Shown: positions 39,189 to 49,226 of the stretch, piece by piece
How the letters are laid out: every line of letters begins with the position of its first letter
Numbering within the stretch: the stretch's first letter is position 1
IMG/VR virus record: IMGVR_UViG_3300033143_005075
Coordinates: 1-64,000 of that record
Source: an uncultured virus (IMG/VR IMGVR_UViG_3300033143_005075)
Lineage: Duplodnaviria > Heunggongvirae > Uroviricota > Caudoviricetes
DNA length: 64,000 nt
Strand: one strand, 5' to 3'
Translations under genes and position numbers: made by a program
The notes under the pieces: generated by a model
Seen by the model: only the letters and a program-made list of their open reading frames with translations
What the model was told of the DNA's origin: nothing
Database searches by the model: none

Positions 39189-40267
39189 GACGACGTAAGG
39201 GCCCAACAGAATTCAAGCTTATTAGAATTCCAGAGAAACACATTAATATTGACACTGTAAAAGAAGCTGTAATCAGTGCGATAAATGCTGAAGTACATAT
39301 TAAACGAGTTTCATATGATGAGTTCAGAGGAAGAACCACTCAAGACAATGTTAAAAGATACATTATGGCTATTAGAACTGAGTTCCGCCAGTATCTTAAA
39401 GACATGAAAAAAGATCTAGAACAAGGAAAGACACCTGCATTCCAACAAAATCTTAACGATGGAAAGATTACAAGCATTGAGATGCCAAAACTAGGTCGTC
39501 CAGATGAGGATCCATCCAAAGCTGACAAGAGATATGGCATACTAGACATTCATAAAATCGATATCACATATGATCAATCTGGTAAAGACACATCCAGAAA
39601 GAAACCGTTTCTAGAAAGAATAGAAGATCATAGTGAAGAAGTTAAGCGTCTTGATCATGACATGAAACAACAAGTCATCCATGACAAATCATGGATTATC
39701 AATCTATGCTTGAACCCACTTATTCCAGTCATATCATTTGAACTTCTTGATGCAATCGCTATGAGAATATCCAGGATTACCGACACAGAAGTACTAGCAT
39801 TGGAGATGATACCATCAAATGGCAACCAAATCTTCTGGGAACATTATGCATCGTACAAAGCCAATGTAGCCACTCGAACACTTACTGTACCATATGGAAA
39901 ACATTTATTCACAGAATACAAGAAACATTCCGGAATAGAGATCCGCAAGATTCTCGCATGTATGGACAAGAACGTAGACGTAGTAATGGCACCAAAAGAT
40001 CTTGAAGAAATATCACGATGGGGAAGAGAGTTCTCACTCGCAAAAGAATTCATGAAGAAATCAGGTCTTCATGAAACAGAAAAAGCAGAATATATAAAAC
40101 TTGAAGAAGATATTACATTGCTCGAAAGTGAAAGGGCACAAACAGAGAAGATGCTTTTCCAAGATGCAGATGTAGAAAGCATCTACTTCAAGATAAGAGA
40201 CCCAAGAGAACTCGCCAAGTTCAAATGGCGAAGCCTACATAGGCAAGACGAAACCAAACTCAACTAA
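39185..40267 (+). CDS. hypothetical protein
   Basis: 360 aa ORF, TTG start. Confidence 0.65.
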   Translation: MRRRKGPTEFKLIRIPEKHINIDTVKEAVISAINAEVHIKRVSYDEFRGRTTQDNVKRYIMAIRTEFRQYLKDMKKDLEQGKTPAFQQNLNDGKITSIEMPKLGRPDEDPSKADKRYGILDIHKIDITYDQSGKDTSRKKPFLERIEDHSEEVKRLDHDMKQQVIHDKSWIINLCLNPLIPVISFELLDAIAMRISRITDTEVLALEMIPSNGNQIFWEHYASYKANVATRTLTVPYGKHLFTEYKKHSGIEIRKILACMDKNVDVVMAPKDLEEISRWGREFSLAKEFMKKSGLHETEKAEYIKLEEDITLLESERAQTEKMLFQDADVESIYFKIRDPRELAKFKWRSLHRQDETKLN

Positions 40268-40287
40268 CCTACTCTGGAGGAACTGAT

Positions 40288-42408
40288 ATGAGCGCACAGC
40301 AAACTAAGAAGGACTATGCCCCAAGACGAGTGAGACTACATAGCGGTAAGATCGCCAAGTATAAAGAAGACCATATCAGAAACAAGATTCTAAAACTTGC
40401 TGCATCCTGCAAGGTAAAGGGACCAAAGACATTCTCGAAAAATATAGCTGGTTTAGTAACACAAACACTCACAAAAGACAAGAAGGAAACACCCAGTGGT
40501 AATCAGATAAGCGATACCATTGAAGAAGTTCTGTTAAATTCAGAACACAAGAACGTAGCAAAGAAATTCATTCTCGAGAGAGCAGAAGAGAAGAGACTGA
40601 AGAAGATCGACAATCTGTTCTCTGAAACTATGCAAGTCATGGATGATTATCTAGGCGCAAAGGACTGGCGCGTCAAAGAGAATTCAAACATGACGTATTC
40701 ACTTCAAGGATTAAACAACCATCTATCGAGCAGCACTACTGCTAAATACTGGTTGGATAGAATTTATCCTTCTGAGATAGCAGATGCACATAAGTTTGGG
40801 TATATACATATTCATGATCTTGGATCACTTGCGTGTTATTGTTGCGGTTGGGACTTGGAAGATCTTCTAATGACTGGTATCACAGGTGTTCCACAGAAGA
40901 CAATTTCTGGACCAGCAACTCATTTCTCATCTATCCTTGGTCAAATAATGAATTTCCTATACATGCTCCAAGGAGAAATTGCAGGAGCTGTTGCGCTTTC
41001 GAACTTTGATACACTATTAGCTCCATTCATCAAGAAGGATGGACTAAACCAGAAGCAAGTAAAGCAAGGCATTCAAGAGTTCGTATACAATATGAACTCG
41101 CCACTGAGAACTGGGTTTCAACAAACGTTCTCGAACATCACGATGGACATGGTGCCATCATCACTGTATGCCGATCGACCATGTATCATTGGTGGCAAAC
41201 AGATGGATTTCACATATAAAGAATGTGCGAAAGAGATGGAGATGATCAATATCGCTTTCGCAGAAACAATGATGGAGGGTGACTCAAGGGGTGCTATTCA
41301 CTCCTTCCCGATCCCAACTTATAATATTACAGATGAATTCATCTGGGATTCTCCCGCGGCAAAAAAGGTATGGGAAATGACAGCAAAACTAGGCGTACCA
41401 TACTTTGCTAATATGGTAAACTCAGGTATAAAACCTGAAGATATTCGCAGCATGTGTTGTCGAATTTCTATCGATAATCGTGAACTCAGGAAGAGACTTG
41501 GTGGTATCTTTGCATCTGCTCCATTAACAGGAAGTGTCGGAGTATGCACACTTAACCTACCAAGACTCGCTTATATATCAAGTGATAAAGAAGAGTTCTT
41601 TGAAAACGTTGAAGCATATATGGAAGTTGCAAGAGATAGTCTAGAGATTAAACGCAAGATCTTAGAAGATCTAATGGATAGAGAACTCTATCCATATTCT
41701 AAGTTCTATCTCAGATCAATTAAACAACGGAGTGGTGCATATTATACAAACCATTTCTCAACAGTTGGTCTAGTAGGTATGCATGAAGCATGTCTCAATC
41801 TCCTGGGAGATGGGATACAAACCAAAGCCGGAAAGGCATTAGCTATAGAGACACTCACGTTCATGAAGAAAATCACACAAGAATTCCAAGTCACTACCGG
41901 AAATCTATATAATCTAGAAGCAACACCAGCAGAAGGCGCATGTTACAGACTAGCAAAAGCAGATCAGAAATCGTTTGGTGCCGAAGCTGCTCATGCAGGA
42001 GACAAGATTGTATATTATACTAATTCAACACATCTACCTGTAGGACACACAGATGATCTGTTTAAGGCACTAGATCATCAAGATGAGTTACAGTGTCTTT
42101 ACACCGGTGGTACTGTGCTTCATTCATTCCTAGGTGAAAGTGCGCCAGACCCAGAAGCATTAGCAGGTCTCATCAAGAAGATCACTTCGAAGTACAAGTT
42201 ACCATATATTTCAATCACACCAACGTTTACGATCTGCGAAGAACATGGATATCTAAAAGGCGAACATCATAAATGTCCACACGAAGGATGTATCGCTATA
42301 GTGAATGTCTATTCAAGAGTGGTTGGTTATTACAGACCGGTCAGTAGCTGGAATGACGGAAAGAAAAGCGAGTATGGAGACAGAAGAACATACTGCCTAC
42401 CAGCATAA
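40288..42408 (+). CDS. nrdD: anaerobic (class III) ribonucleoside-triphosphate reductase with ATP-cone
   Basis: HIHDL, YCCG, SMCCR, EATPAEG, YYTNS, YTGGT, C-terminal Zn site and glycyl-radical motif RVVGY. Confidence 0.96.
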   Translation: MSAQQTKKDYAPRRVRLHSGKIAKYKEDHIRNKILKLAASCKVKGPKTFSKNIAGLVTQTLTKDKKETPSGNQISDTIEEVLLNSEHKNVAKKFILERAEEKRLKKIDNLFSETMQVMDDYLGAKDWRVKENSNMTYSLQGLNNHLSSSTTAKYWLDRIYPSEIADAHKFGYIHIHDLGSLACYCCGWDLEDLLMTGITGVPQKTISGPATHFSSILGQIMNFLYMLQGEIAGAVALSNFDTLLAPFIKKDGLNQKQVKQGIQEFVYNMNSPLRTGFQQTFSNITMDMVPSSLYADRPCIIGGKQMDFTYKECAKEMEMINIAFAETMMEGDSRGAIHSFPIPTYNITDEFIWDSPAAKKVWEMTAKLGVPYFANMVNSGIKPEDIRSMCCRISIDNRELRKRLGGIFASAPLTGSVGVCTLNLPRLAYISSDKEEFFENVEAYMEVARDSLEIKRKILEDLMDRELYPYSKFYLRSIKQRSGAYYTNHFSTVGLVGMHEACLNLLGDGIQTKAGKALAIETLTFMKKITQEFQVTTGNLYNLEATPAEGACYRLAKADQKSFGAEAAHAGDKIVYYTNSTHLPVGHTDDLFKALDHQDELQCLYTGGTVLHSFLGESAPDPEALAGLIKKITSKYKLPYISITPTFTICEEHGYLKGEHHKCPHEGCIAIVNVYSRVVGYYRPVSSWNDGKKSEYGDRRTYCLPA

Positions 42409-42423
42409 TTGAAGGAGTAATCC

Positions 42424-43137
42424 ATGGTAGGAGCAATAACAAACCTCTCTCTTGTTGATTACCCTAGCTTACCAGCTATGGTGATCTTCATGAAGGGATG
42501 CAACCTAAAATGTACATACTGTCACAACATGGCACTCGCAAGAATGCCACAAGTTGTGGAATCAATAGAAATGAGAAGAGTAATACACCGGATGAGAAAG
42601 AGCAAAGATCTTATCGATGCAGTTGTGATAACCGGGGGTGAACCATTACACGGTGAACCCCCATGCTCATCATTCAATGAGATTCAAACCATTGCATTGG
42701 AGGCACACAAACTTGGCTTAATGGTTAAGCTAGATACAAATGGTACATATGCTGACAGATTATCATATGTGATAACCAGACTTCACATCGATTATGTCGC
42801 AATGGATATCAAGACATATCCACAAGCAGGACAAAATCGAAAAGGATATGAAGCCAAACACTGGAAGCAAATCATATCTAGCTTAGATGTAATGGAAAAC
42901 TATCGTACATCGTTAGATTTCCAGTACGAGATCAGAACAACATGTCATCCTCTTTATGTGAACGAGAGGATCATCAGAGCAATTGCAAGACTAATACCAG
43001 ACGAAGTCCCTTACTATCTACAGCCATATCAGCAAGTAGAGGGCGATAATATTCAATCAACACCAGAGGGTGCACTGCTCCCATTTCTGGAGATAGCAAG
43101 TAGTGTTCATGCGGACACTCATATTAGAGGAGGATAA
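42424..43137 (+). CDS. nrdG: anaerobic RNR activase (radical SAM)
   Basis: GCNLKCTYCHN, TGGEP, KLDTNG; adjacent to nrdD. Confidence 0.93.
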   Translation: MVGAITNLSLVDYPSLPAMVIFMKGCNLKCTYCHNMALARMPQVVESIEMRRVIHRMRKSKDLIDAVVITGGEPLHGEPPCSSFNEIQTIALEAHKLGLMVKLDTNGTYADRLSYVITRLHIDYVAMDIKTYPQAGQNRKGYEAKHWKQIISSLDVMENYRTSLDFQYEIRTTCHPLYVNERIIRAIARLIPDEVPYYLQPYQQVEGDNIQSTPEGALLPFLEIASSVHADTHIRGG

Positions 43138-43138
43138 G

Positions 43139-43978
43139 ATGGAGAATAAATCAATGAATCGAGAACAAATCATGGATGCAGTTGCTGGACTGTCAGATCC
43201 GCTTCCAAAGGAGAGAACGCAATCCAGGAAGGTTAAGCAATACAACAAAGACACCAGGAAGATGGAAGATATAGAGCTCACATATATCCCAATCTGGGTC
43301 ACGATTGAAGAATTCGATAAACGTTTCGGCACTCATTGGTCTGTCGAAAACTTAGAACAGACCATGAAAGACGTATCCTTCTCATACATGCAGGAAGTTA
43401 GACTTGAGAATGGAAAGCTGGACTGGATGAAACTTGAGCAGCAGAATGGCAAAGTAAAGAACTTTCCGAGGAAGGAAAGAATTCATGTCACAGAAAGTGC
43501 AGCATTTGTATCTCTTGACTTAGTTCTTAGAGACAATGAAGGTACTGAGATTTGCCGACGCCCAGGTACTGGTAGCGGAACAAATAGCGGTCAAAGGAAT
43601 TTGGACTCTGATAAGATGACCAAGACAGCTCTTGCTAATGCCATACGGAAAGCATCGAACAATTATGGCTTTGGTATTTATCTATGGCATGGTCCAGATG
43701 ATACTTTGCCTCAAAATGATCCCGAACCTATTGATGAATCAGCACCAGCAAAGACAGGTCCATCCATGTCTGAAATCAACTCTGAGAAAATCAAGCTTTT
43801 AAGAGAGAAGCATGGTCTTGGTAAGGATGACTTAAGTGATTACCTAAAAACCTGTTTCCCTGCTTCCAAAGGTCAATATGCATTCATGAAAGTTGATGAT
43901 GAAAATGGAACACAAGATGAAAAAGTAACGAAGTTCGCTAAGTTCATCAATGATTCCGTTGCAAGAAAGAAACAGTAG
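43139..43978 (+). CDS. Rad52/Sak-like single-strand annealing protein
   Basis: LTYIP, FG-x-x-W, G-x-G, KTALANAIRKA-x3-GFG-x-YLW. Confidence 0.7.
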   Translation: MENKSMNREQIMDAVAGLSDPLPKERTQSRKVKQYNKDTRKMEDIELTYIPIWVTIEEFDKRFGTHWSVENLEQTMKDVSFSYMQEVRLENGKLDWMKLEQQNGKVKNFPRKERIHVTESAAFVSLDLVLRDNEGTEICRRPGTGSGTNSGQRNLDSDKMTKTALANAIRKASNNYGFGIYLWHGPDDTLPQNDPEPIDESAPAKTGPSMSEINSEKIKLLREKHGLGKDDLSDYLKTCFPASKGQYAFMKVDDENGTQDEKVTKFAKFINDSVARKKQ

Positions 43979-44010
43979 TATTCGGTCAGGATACCACAAG
44001 AGGAGATAAA

Positions 44011-47000
44011 ATGCCAGATGATCTAGATCTTATATCTGTAGACGATCTGTTAGCGTCTGTAGATAGTGACATTAAAGAGTTTGATGATAACCTTGAACAT
44101 CTCAAAGCTAAACGAGAAGAGGATACTCTTACAAGCTATCTAACTGATCTTGGATTTACACGAAAAGCTAAGGGTCCCGCATCAAGAAAATATCATCTAG
44201 TCCTTGTGGGAAAATCGGCAGATGGAATCGACATGATTCTCAGTAAGCATATTAATTTCGAGAGAGTCAATGCGATTAACCTACTTGACCAGAAGATACG
44301 GGTCAATAACGCTATCATCATTATCGATAACGAAGATGATTTCAAAGCTGCTAAGAAGGGCATAAAGACGAAGACTAAGTGTCCGCAGCTTTTTAATAGC
44401 GTAGTTGTCCTGGTCAAGAACAGAAAGATTATCGACTATTTATATTTCACAAAGAAACCTGCTATAGATGCTGAATCTAAGATAGTCTCTATCGTCTCTG
44501 GACGAACACTTCGTATCAGATTCCCATTTAATCTACATCTACATCCTGGGCTACCCAGAGAACATGCACAGATAACATCTCTGCCAATGGATCTTATATC
44601 ATCAATTGTTCTCTTGGTTCAGAACAGAATCTTTCCAATTGAGGGTCGACAAGGAAGATATATTGGAAACGTATATAGATACCAATTCCAACAAAGAAAC
44701 GAGGGATTGAGTCAAGCACTAGACGGATCCACCAATTATGGTCTTCCTGCGGTCGTAAATGATCATATCCTATCAGATATTGATCCAGTAAATATTCAAG
44801 GTACAACAGAGGAAGATGATCCTGAATCTAATAGTGCTCGAAACACTCGCAAAAGACTAGATGCATGTGATGTGAACATTGTTGCATATGAATTCGAAAT
44901 AGAGCTAGCAAAGTTTGAGGGCTCCGTTCTGAGAATTGAGCTATTACTAGGAATCTTGGAAAAAGAAGGCTTCGACGTTGACGATAGCACTAAGACTACT
45001 ATTATTAAAGCAGTAAGGAACATCAAGAAATGGATGTCCCCTCCACCTGCTCAAGTAGAGAAAGATGACTTGTTCAGAACACACATGGGACAGATCGAAA
45101 AGATCAACAAGATACACAAGCTAGAGCTGCAGTGGCATCAGAAGTATTCAATTGCTATGGCCATGAGAAAGAAGGCTTCAGTACTACAATGTGATGTAGG
45201 CCTAGGCAAAACTCGGATCGCAATCGGACTCCATCTTGCACTCGGTGTGAAGAGGACACTAGTATGCGTAGAACCCGGTGCTCTCAATGAATTCATAAGA
45301 GAGATGGATAAACTGAAGATGGAGAAACCTTTCATCATCAAGAAGCTGACAGACATCCCACTCGCCAAGGAAAATGCCACACCCATAACCTTAATCGGGT
45401 ACTCGATCTTAGGTGCTGAGACAAAGATAAAGAGTCGACGGTCCAATGAAGATAAGAAACAGAAGAGCCTATACAAGATACATACTACAGGTGATGATCT
45501 ACGAGGACTATTTGATCTGGTAATCTTTGATGAGTGTTTCACATATGACACTGAAATTATGACAAACAAAGGGCTAAGAAAGATTGGAGACATTGTCACG
45601 AACAGAGAAGATGTACTCGCATTATCAAAGAACTTAGAAACTAACAACTGGGAATACAAACCCGTAGTACATTATTTTCATAAGCCATATGTTGACAACC
45701 TCGTCAAAGTAGAATATAATAATGGACATAGCATCATATGTACTCCAGACCATAAAATCTGGACAAAGGAGAAAGGCTATGTCAAGGCAAAGGAACTACG
45801 AAACGAGACAGTGTGCTTCATGTGGAACAACGTTCACATATTACAGACCAAAATCAACAAGACAACAAAAATGCTGCAGTACGAAGTGTGCAGGAATTCT
45901 TCGCCGTGTAAAGATGATAACAAAAACCTGCAAGTGGTGTGGGAAAGACTTCAGCCTAGGTACCGGACTAACGAGAAAGAGCAAGAACACACGATTCTGC
46001 GGAAAGCAATGTTCTGCAAAATGGCGATGCAGTCAACCAAAACAACAAAAGAGATTCCACATTATACAAAAGAAATACAAGAAGAAAGCAACTGCTGCTC
46101 TACGAAAGACTGGATTCAAAGCACAATCAGAACGAATGAAACGAATGAACGCAGACCCAGAATTTCAGAGGAAAGCTATTGCTGGCACAAAGAAGAGATG
46201 GAAAAAGAACCCCACGTTTCTCTCCAGAGGAGGAAACGGGAAGTTAACTGTGCCACAACTGAAGCTTCACAAAGCAACAGGATACCCAATGGAATTTCAG
46301 ATCGGTCTAAAGAATCTCAGAAGGAAGAGACCAGATCTCTGTCTTCCGACAAAGTATGCAGTCGACCTAGCAATTCCCGACAAGAAGATAGCAATCGAAG
46401 TAGACGGAGAATCTCACAAGACAAAGAAATGGAAGTATCTCGACAAAAGGAAAGAATCCGTATTGCTTATGCTAGGGTGGAAAATGTTACGATTCTGGAA
46501 CAAAGAAGTAATGGAAAATCTGGATACAGTCCTCAGCAAGATCAAAGAGTGTTCAACATCGACGTAGGAGATAATCACAACTATGTAGCTAACGGATTAC
46601 TCGTCAAAAATTGTCAAAACGTTAAATCTCCTACATCTTTGAAGTCAAAGTCAGCGATCAGACTAAGACCAGCTCGCTCCATGTTCATGAGTGGTACAGT
46701 CATTACTAATAAGATGGCTGAGCTAGCTACATATGCAGTGATCGGATATGGTAGCAAGAGCTGTGTATCCAAGGTCGATGCCACTCCGATATCCCACATA
46801 GGAACAGAGATCAGACGGAAAAATAAGAAGGTAGTAGCCAGGCTCGGAGAGGACAAAAAGGGAGAACCAACATACAAGATTGTTCATAATATATCAACAA
46901 CAAATATGAGGCTTGCAAAAATCAATGATAAGATGAGCTCAGATCCTGAATTCACAAAGGACTATGTCCGAAACTTGGTTGTCAAGGTCGCCAGAGAGAA

Positions 47001-47763
47001 TGAAGGATTGGTAAAGAACGATATGTTTCGTTTCAATGTGAAAGAGATGAAAGTTGTCGCGGAACCAAACAATACACAGTTCGAACAATATCTGTCTATT
47101 CTAGATGGCTCAAGAGAATTCGTCAGAGATGAAAGCAAAAGCTTAGCACGACTAATCGCCATGATGAAAATCTCTGAGTGTCCAAAACTTCTTGATCCAA
47201 CATGGCAGAACACACCAACAGCTAAGCAATTAGTAACAAGAGACCTGGTCATTGACAAACTCAGTGAGGGAAGAAGTGTACTAGTCTTTACAGGATTCAC
47301 AGAAGCCAGTATAGATCTTAGTAATCTATTCAAGAACAGTGGAGCGAGTACTTTCTTGCTTTCAAATAAGATGACACCTTCAGCAAGATATAAAGTCATC
47401 GAGAACTTCAGAAAGACTCCAAATAGTGTAGCTGTTGGTAACATAGGAATCCTTGGAAAGAGCTTCAATTTGGAACAAGCTGATGTTGTTATCATGTCAG
47501 ATATTCCATGGTCACCAGCGTTCTATGAACAAGCTATCGGAAGAATCCTGAGGCCCGATCAGACAGGTAACCCAGAGGTCTATGTAATATTCAACAGGTT
47601 TATGATTGATCAATATAAATTCGAAGTTATCTCCTCAAAGAGAAAGACGATCGACAAATATCTGAAAGACAAAGACGTATCAGTCGAGGAGACAAAACAC
47701 ATATCATACAGAGACTTCCTACAGTTGGTTATCAGGAAGGCAGATGAGAGAGGTTCTACATGA
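44011..47763 (+). CDS. SNF2-family helicase/ATPase containing an intein
   Basis: DVGLGKT, motif II IFDE|CQ split by the insertion, MSGT, FNLEQA, QAIGRILR. Confidence 0.9.
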   Translation: MPDDLDLISVDDLLASVDSDIKEFDDNLEHLKAKREEDTLTSYLTDLGFTRKAKGPASRKYHLVLVGKSADGIDMILSKHINFERVNAINLLDQKIRVNNAIIIIDNEDDFKAAKKGIKTKTKCPQLFNSVVVLVKNRKIIDYLYFTKKPAIDAESKIVSIVSGRTLRIRFPFNLHLHPGLPREHAQITSLPMDLISSIVLLVQNRIFPIEGRQGRYIGNVYRYQFQQRNEGLSQALDGSTNYGLPAVVNDHILSDIDPVNIQGTTEEDDPESNSARNTRKRLDACDVNIVAYEFEIELAKFEGSVLRIELLLGILEKEGFDVDDSTKTTIIKAVRNIKKWMSPPPAQVEKDDLFRTHMGQIEKINKIHKLELQWHQKYSIAMAMRKKASVLQCDVGLGKTRIAIGLHLALGVKRTLVCVEPGALNEFIREMDKLKMEKPFIIKKLTDIPLAKENATPITLIGYSILGAETKIKSRRSNEDKKQKSLYKIHTTGDDLRGLFDLVIFDECFTYDTEIMTNKGLRKIGDIVTNREDVLALSKNLETNNWEYKPVVHYFHKPYVDNLVKVEYNNGHSIICTPDHKIWTKEKGYVKAKELRNETVCFMWNNVHILQTKINKTTKMLQYEVCRNSSPCKDDNKNLQVVWERLQPRYRTNEKEQEHTILRKAMFCKMAMQSTKTTKEIPHYTKEIQEESNCCSTKDWIQSTIRTNETNERRPRISEESYCWHKEEMEKEPHVSLQRRKREVNCATTEASQSNRIPNGISDRSKESQKEETRSLSSDKVCSRPSNSRQEDSNRSRRRISQDKEMEVSRQKERIRIAYARVENVTILEQRSNGKSGYSPQQDQRVFNIDVGDNHNYVANGLLVKNCQNVKSPTSLKSKSAIRLRPARSMFMSGTVITNKMAELATYAVIGYGSKSCVSKVDATPISHIGTEIRRKNKKVVARLGEDKKGEPTYKIVHNISTTNMRLAKINDKMSSDPEFTKDYVRNLVVKVARENEGLVKNDMFRFNVKEMKVVAEPNNTQFEQYLSILDGSREFVRDESKSLARLIAMMKISECPKLLDPTWQNTPTAKQLVTRDLVIDKLSEGRSVLVFTGFTEASIDLSNLFKNSGASTFLLSNKMTPSARYKVIENFRKTPNSVAVGNIGILGKSFNLEQADVVIMSDIPWSPAFYEQAIGRILRPDQTGNPEVYVIFNRFMIDQYKFEVISSKRKTIDKYLKDKDVSVEETKHISYRDFLQLVIRKADERGST
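45535..46611 (+). mobile_element. intein (359 aa) inserted in the helicase Walker B motif
   Basis: Block A CFTYDTEIMT, block B CTPDHKIWT, block F VFNIDVGDNHNYVANG, end VKN followed by +1 Cys; removal restores IFDECQNVKS. Confidence 0.93.
45779..46567 (+). CDS. nested +1-frame endonuclease (Zn-finger repeats + Vsr/DUF559-like nuclease), putative homing endonuclease
   Basis: AAGGAG 7 nt before ATG 45779; CASC...CSTKC and CKWC...CGKQC; YAVDLA...IAIEVDGESH...D-x-R-x4-L-x-x-LGWKMLRFWN. Confidence 0.85.
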   Translation: MSRQRNYETRQCASCGTTFTYYRPKSTRQQKCCSTKCAGILRRVKMITKTCKWCGKDFSLGTGLTRKSKNTRFCGKQCSAKWRCSQPKQQKRFHIIQKKYKKKATAALRKTGFKAQSERMKRMNADPEFQRKAIAGTKKRWKKNPTFLSRGGNGKLTVPQLKLHKATGYPMEFQIGLKNLRRKRPDLCLPTKYAVDLAIPDKKIAIEVDGESHKTKKWKYLDKRKESVLLMLGWKMLRFWNKEVMENLDTVLSKIKECSTST

Positions 47764-49226
47764 AGATAAAAACAGTTTCTATACCACTTCTTGCTACTCC
47801 AAGAGAAGAACACACGACGGAGGATGTACGAGTTCTTGAGTTAGCAACGTATAATCAATCAAGATGTAATATAGAATCTACACTTCGATCATATCTATAT
47901 CATGGATATAATACATTTCGATCTATCGCTCCCATAGAAGCAAATGATTTCGGCACTGTAGATCGACAAAGACTCTGTGAATTCGCTGCAAATAATACAG
48001 AAGAAATGAATAACTTGGCAGATAGCTCCAGAATCATACCCATTATGAGACCAATGAGAACTCATGTATCAGATAGTGTTCACCAAGTATCATCACAATA
48101 CACACAAGATCACCTACATGGAATAATGATGTCATCTCAGTCTTTGTCAATCCAGTACCCCGTGAGACAAGGTAATCGAGGCATAAGATACAGACGATTT
48201 ACTACAGGAGATAGCAGCTTTATCGATACACACGAGGAGAATATTGCATCTTCATACTTACCAAGCAGGTTACAAAGCGACTGGAGGCCTAACTTTAAGA
48301 AATGTCTTTCTGGATTCTTCATTGCACACGAAAAGAAACATATGCAAGAAGCTTTAATAACATCACTGCTAGATCCAACACGATATAATAGAAAGATTAG
48401 CACAGTATGTGAAGCAATGGTCACTAGTGCAGGTCAAGCAATTGTAACTGCAGTAAACAAAGGATTCTTTCCCAAGGTCGATTTTGTATGTCAACCTAAC
48501 AGCAGTCGGAACTCGATTCTTCTATCAAATCTGGACACATTGCAACACACACTCTCAAACAAGGAGATAGACCATCAAACCATACCATCATGGATATATA
48601 AAGTTCCATACTGTAAGCATATTGCTAGAGACACAAGACAGATAATCGATAGACCTCCAAAGCCTGACAGTGGGTATAGATCATCAGATGAGGCAGAGAT
48701 GTTCTCACGCAGAATGTTAGCAATGGGTTCAATTTTACCAAGACCATTCTTTCCAATTGTTATCCTACCAACTGGGATATTTGGTGCTGCTTTACCATCA
48801 ATGGAAAGATTAGTTAAAGAATATGCGAGTAATGATGTATCATTTCTCCATGACTCAAAGGAAGCCAAAAAACAGGCGAAGTGCAGCCATTGTGTTGGTT
48901 TCATATGTCCAGATACCAGATACTTTAACTATGCAGACAATGTATACATGATGGCTTTAATCGGTTCGATTATAGAATCAGCTGTGATGTTAAGAGAAAC
49001 CAAGGTGGTAGGATGTGAAACAAATAATACAGTTAATAATATCGACAAGATAAAACAAGAAATGAACATAATTTACAAGCTAAGAATCGGAAAGAAGTTC
49101 CTTCCCGGATATCTCAGACATATCTATGATAAGTGCAGAAGTCTGGAGTATAAGTGGCACAAGAAGAGGATGGAGATATCAGAATGGCGCTCACCATATT
49201 ACTATGAAAGAGGATATGCAGGATGA
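47760..49226 (+). CDS. hypothetical protein
   Basis: 488 aa ORF coupled on both sides. Confidence 0.65.
   Translation: MKIKTVSIPLLATPREEHTTEDVRVLELATYNQSRCNIESTLRSYLYHGYNTFRSIAPIEANDFGTVDRQRLCEFAANNTEEMNNLADSSRIIPIMRPMRTHVSDSVHQVSSQYTQDHLHGIMMSSQSLSIQYPVRQGNRGIRYRRFTTGDSSFIDTHEENIASSYLPSRLQSDWRPNFKKCLSGFFIAHEKKHMQEALITSLLDPTRYNRKISTVCEAMVTSAGQAIVTAVNKGFFPKVDFVCQPNSSRNSILLSNLDTLQHTLSNKEIDHQTIPSWIYKVPYCKHIARDTRQIIDRPPKPDSGYRSSDEAEMFSRRMLAMGSILPRPFFPIVILPTGIFGAALPSMERLVKEYASNDVSFLHDSKEAKKQAKCSHCVGFICPDTRYFNYADNVYMMALIGSIIESAVMLRETKVVGCETNNTVNNIDKIKQEMNIIYKLRIGKKFLPGYLRHIYDKCRSLEYKWHKKRMEISEWRSPYYYERGYAG

Noticed and set aside
40288..42408. Intron or intein in nrdD (also checked polB, recA and primase-helicase)
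   Set aside because: Lengths and motif spacing are normal; no splicing blocks seen
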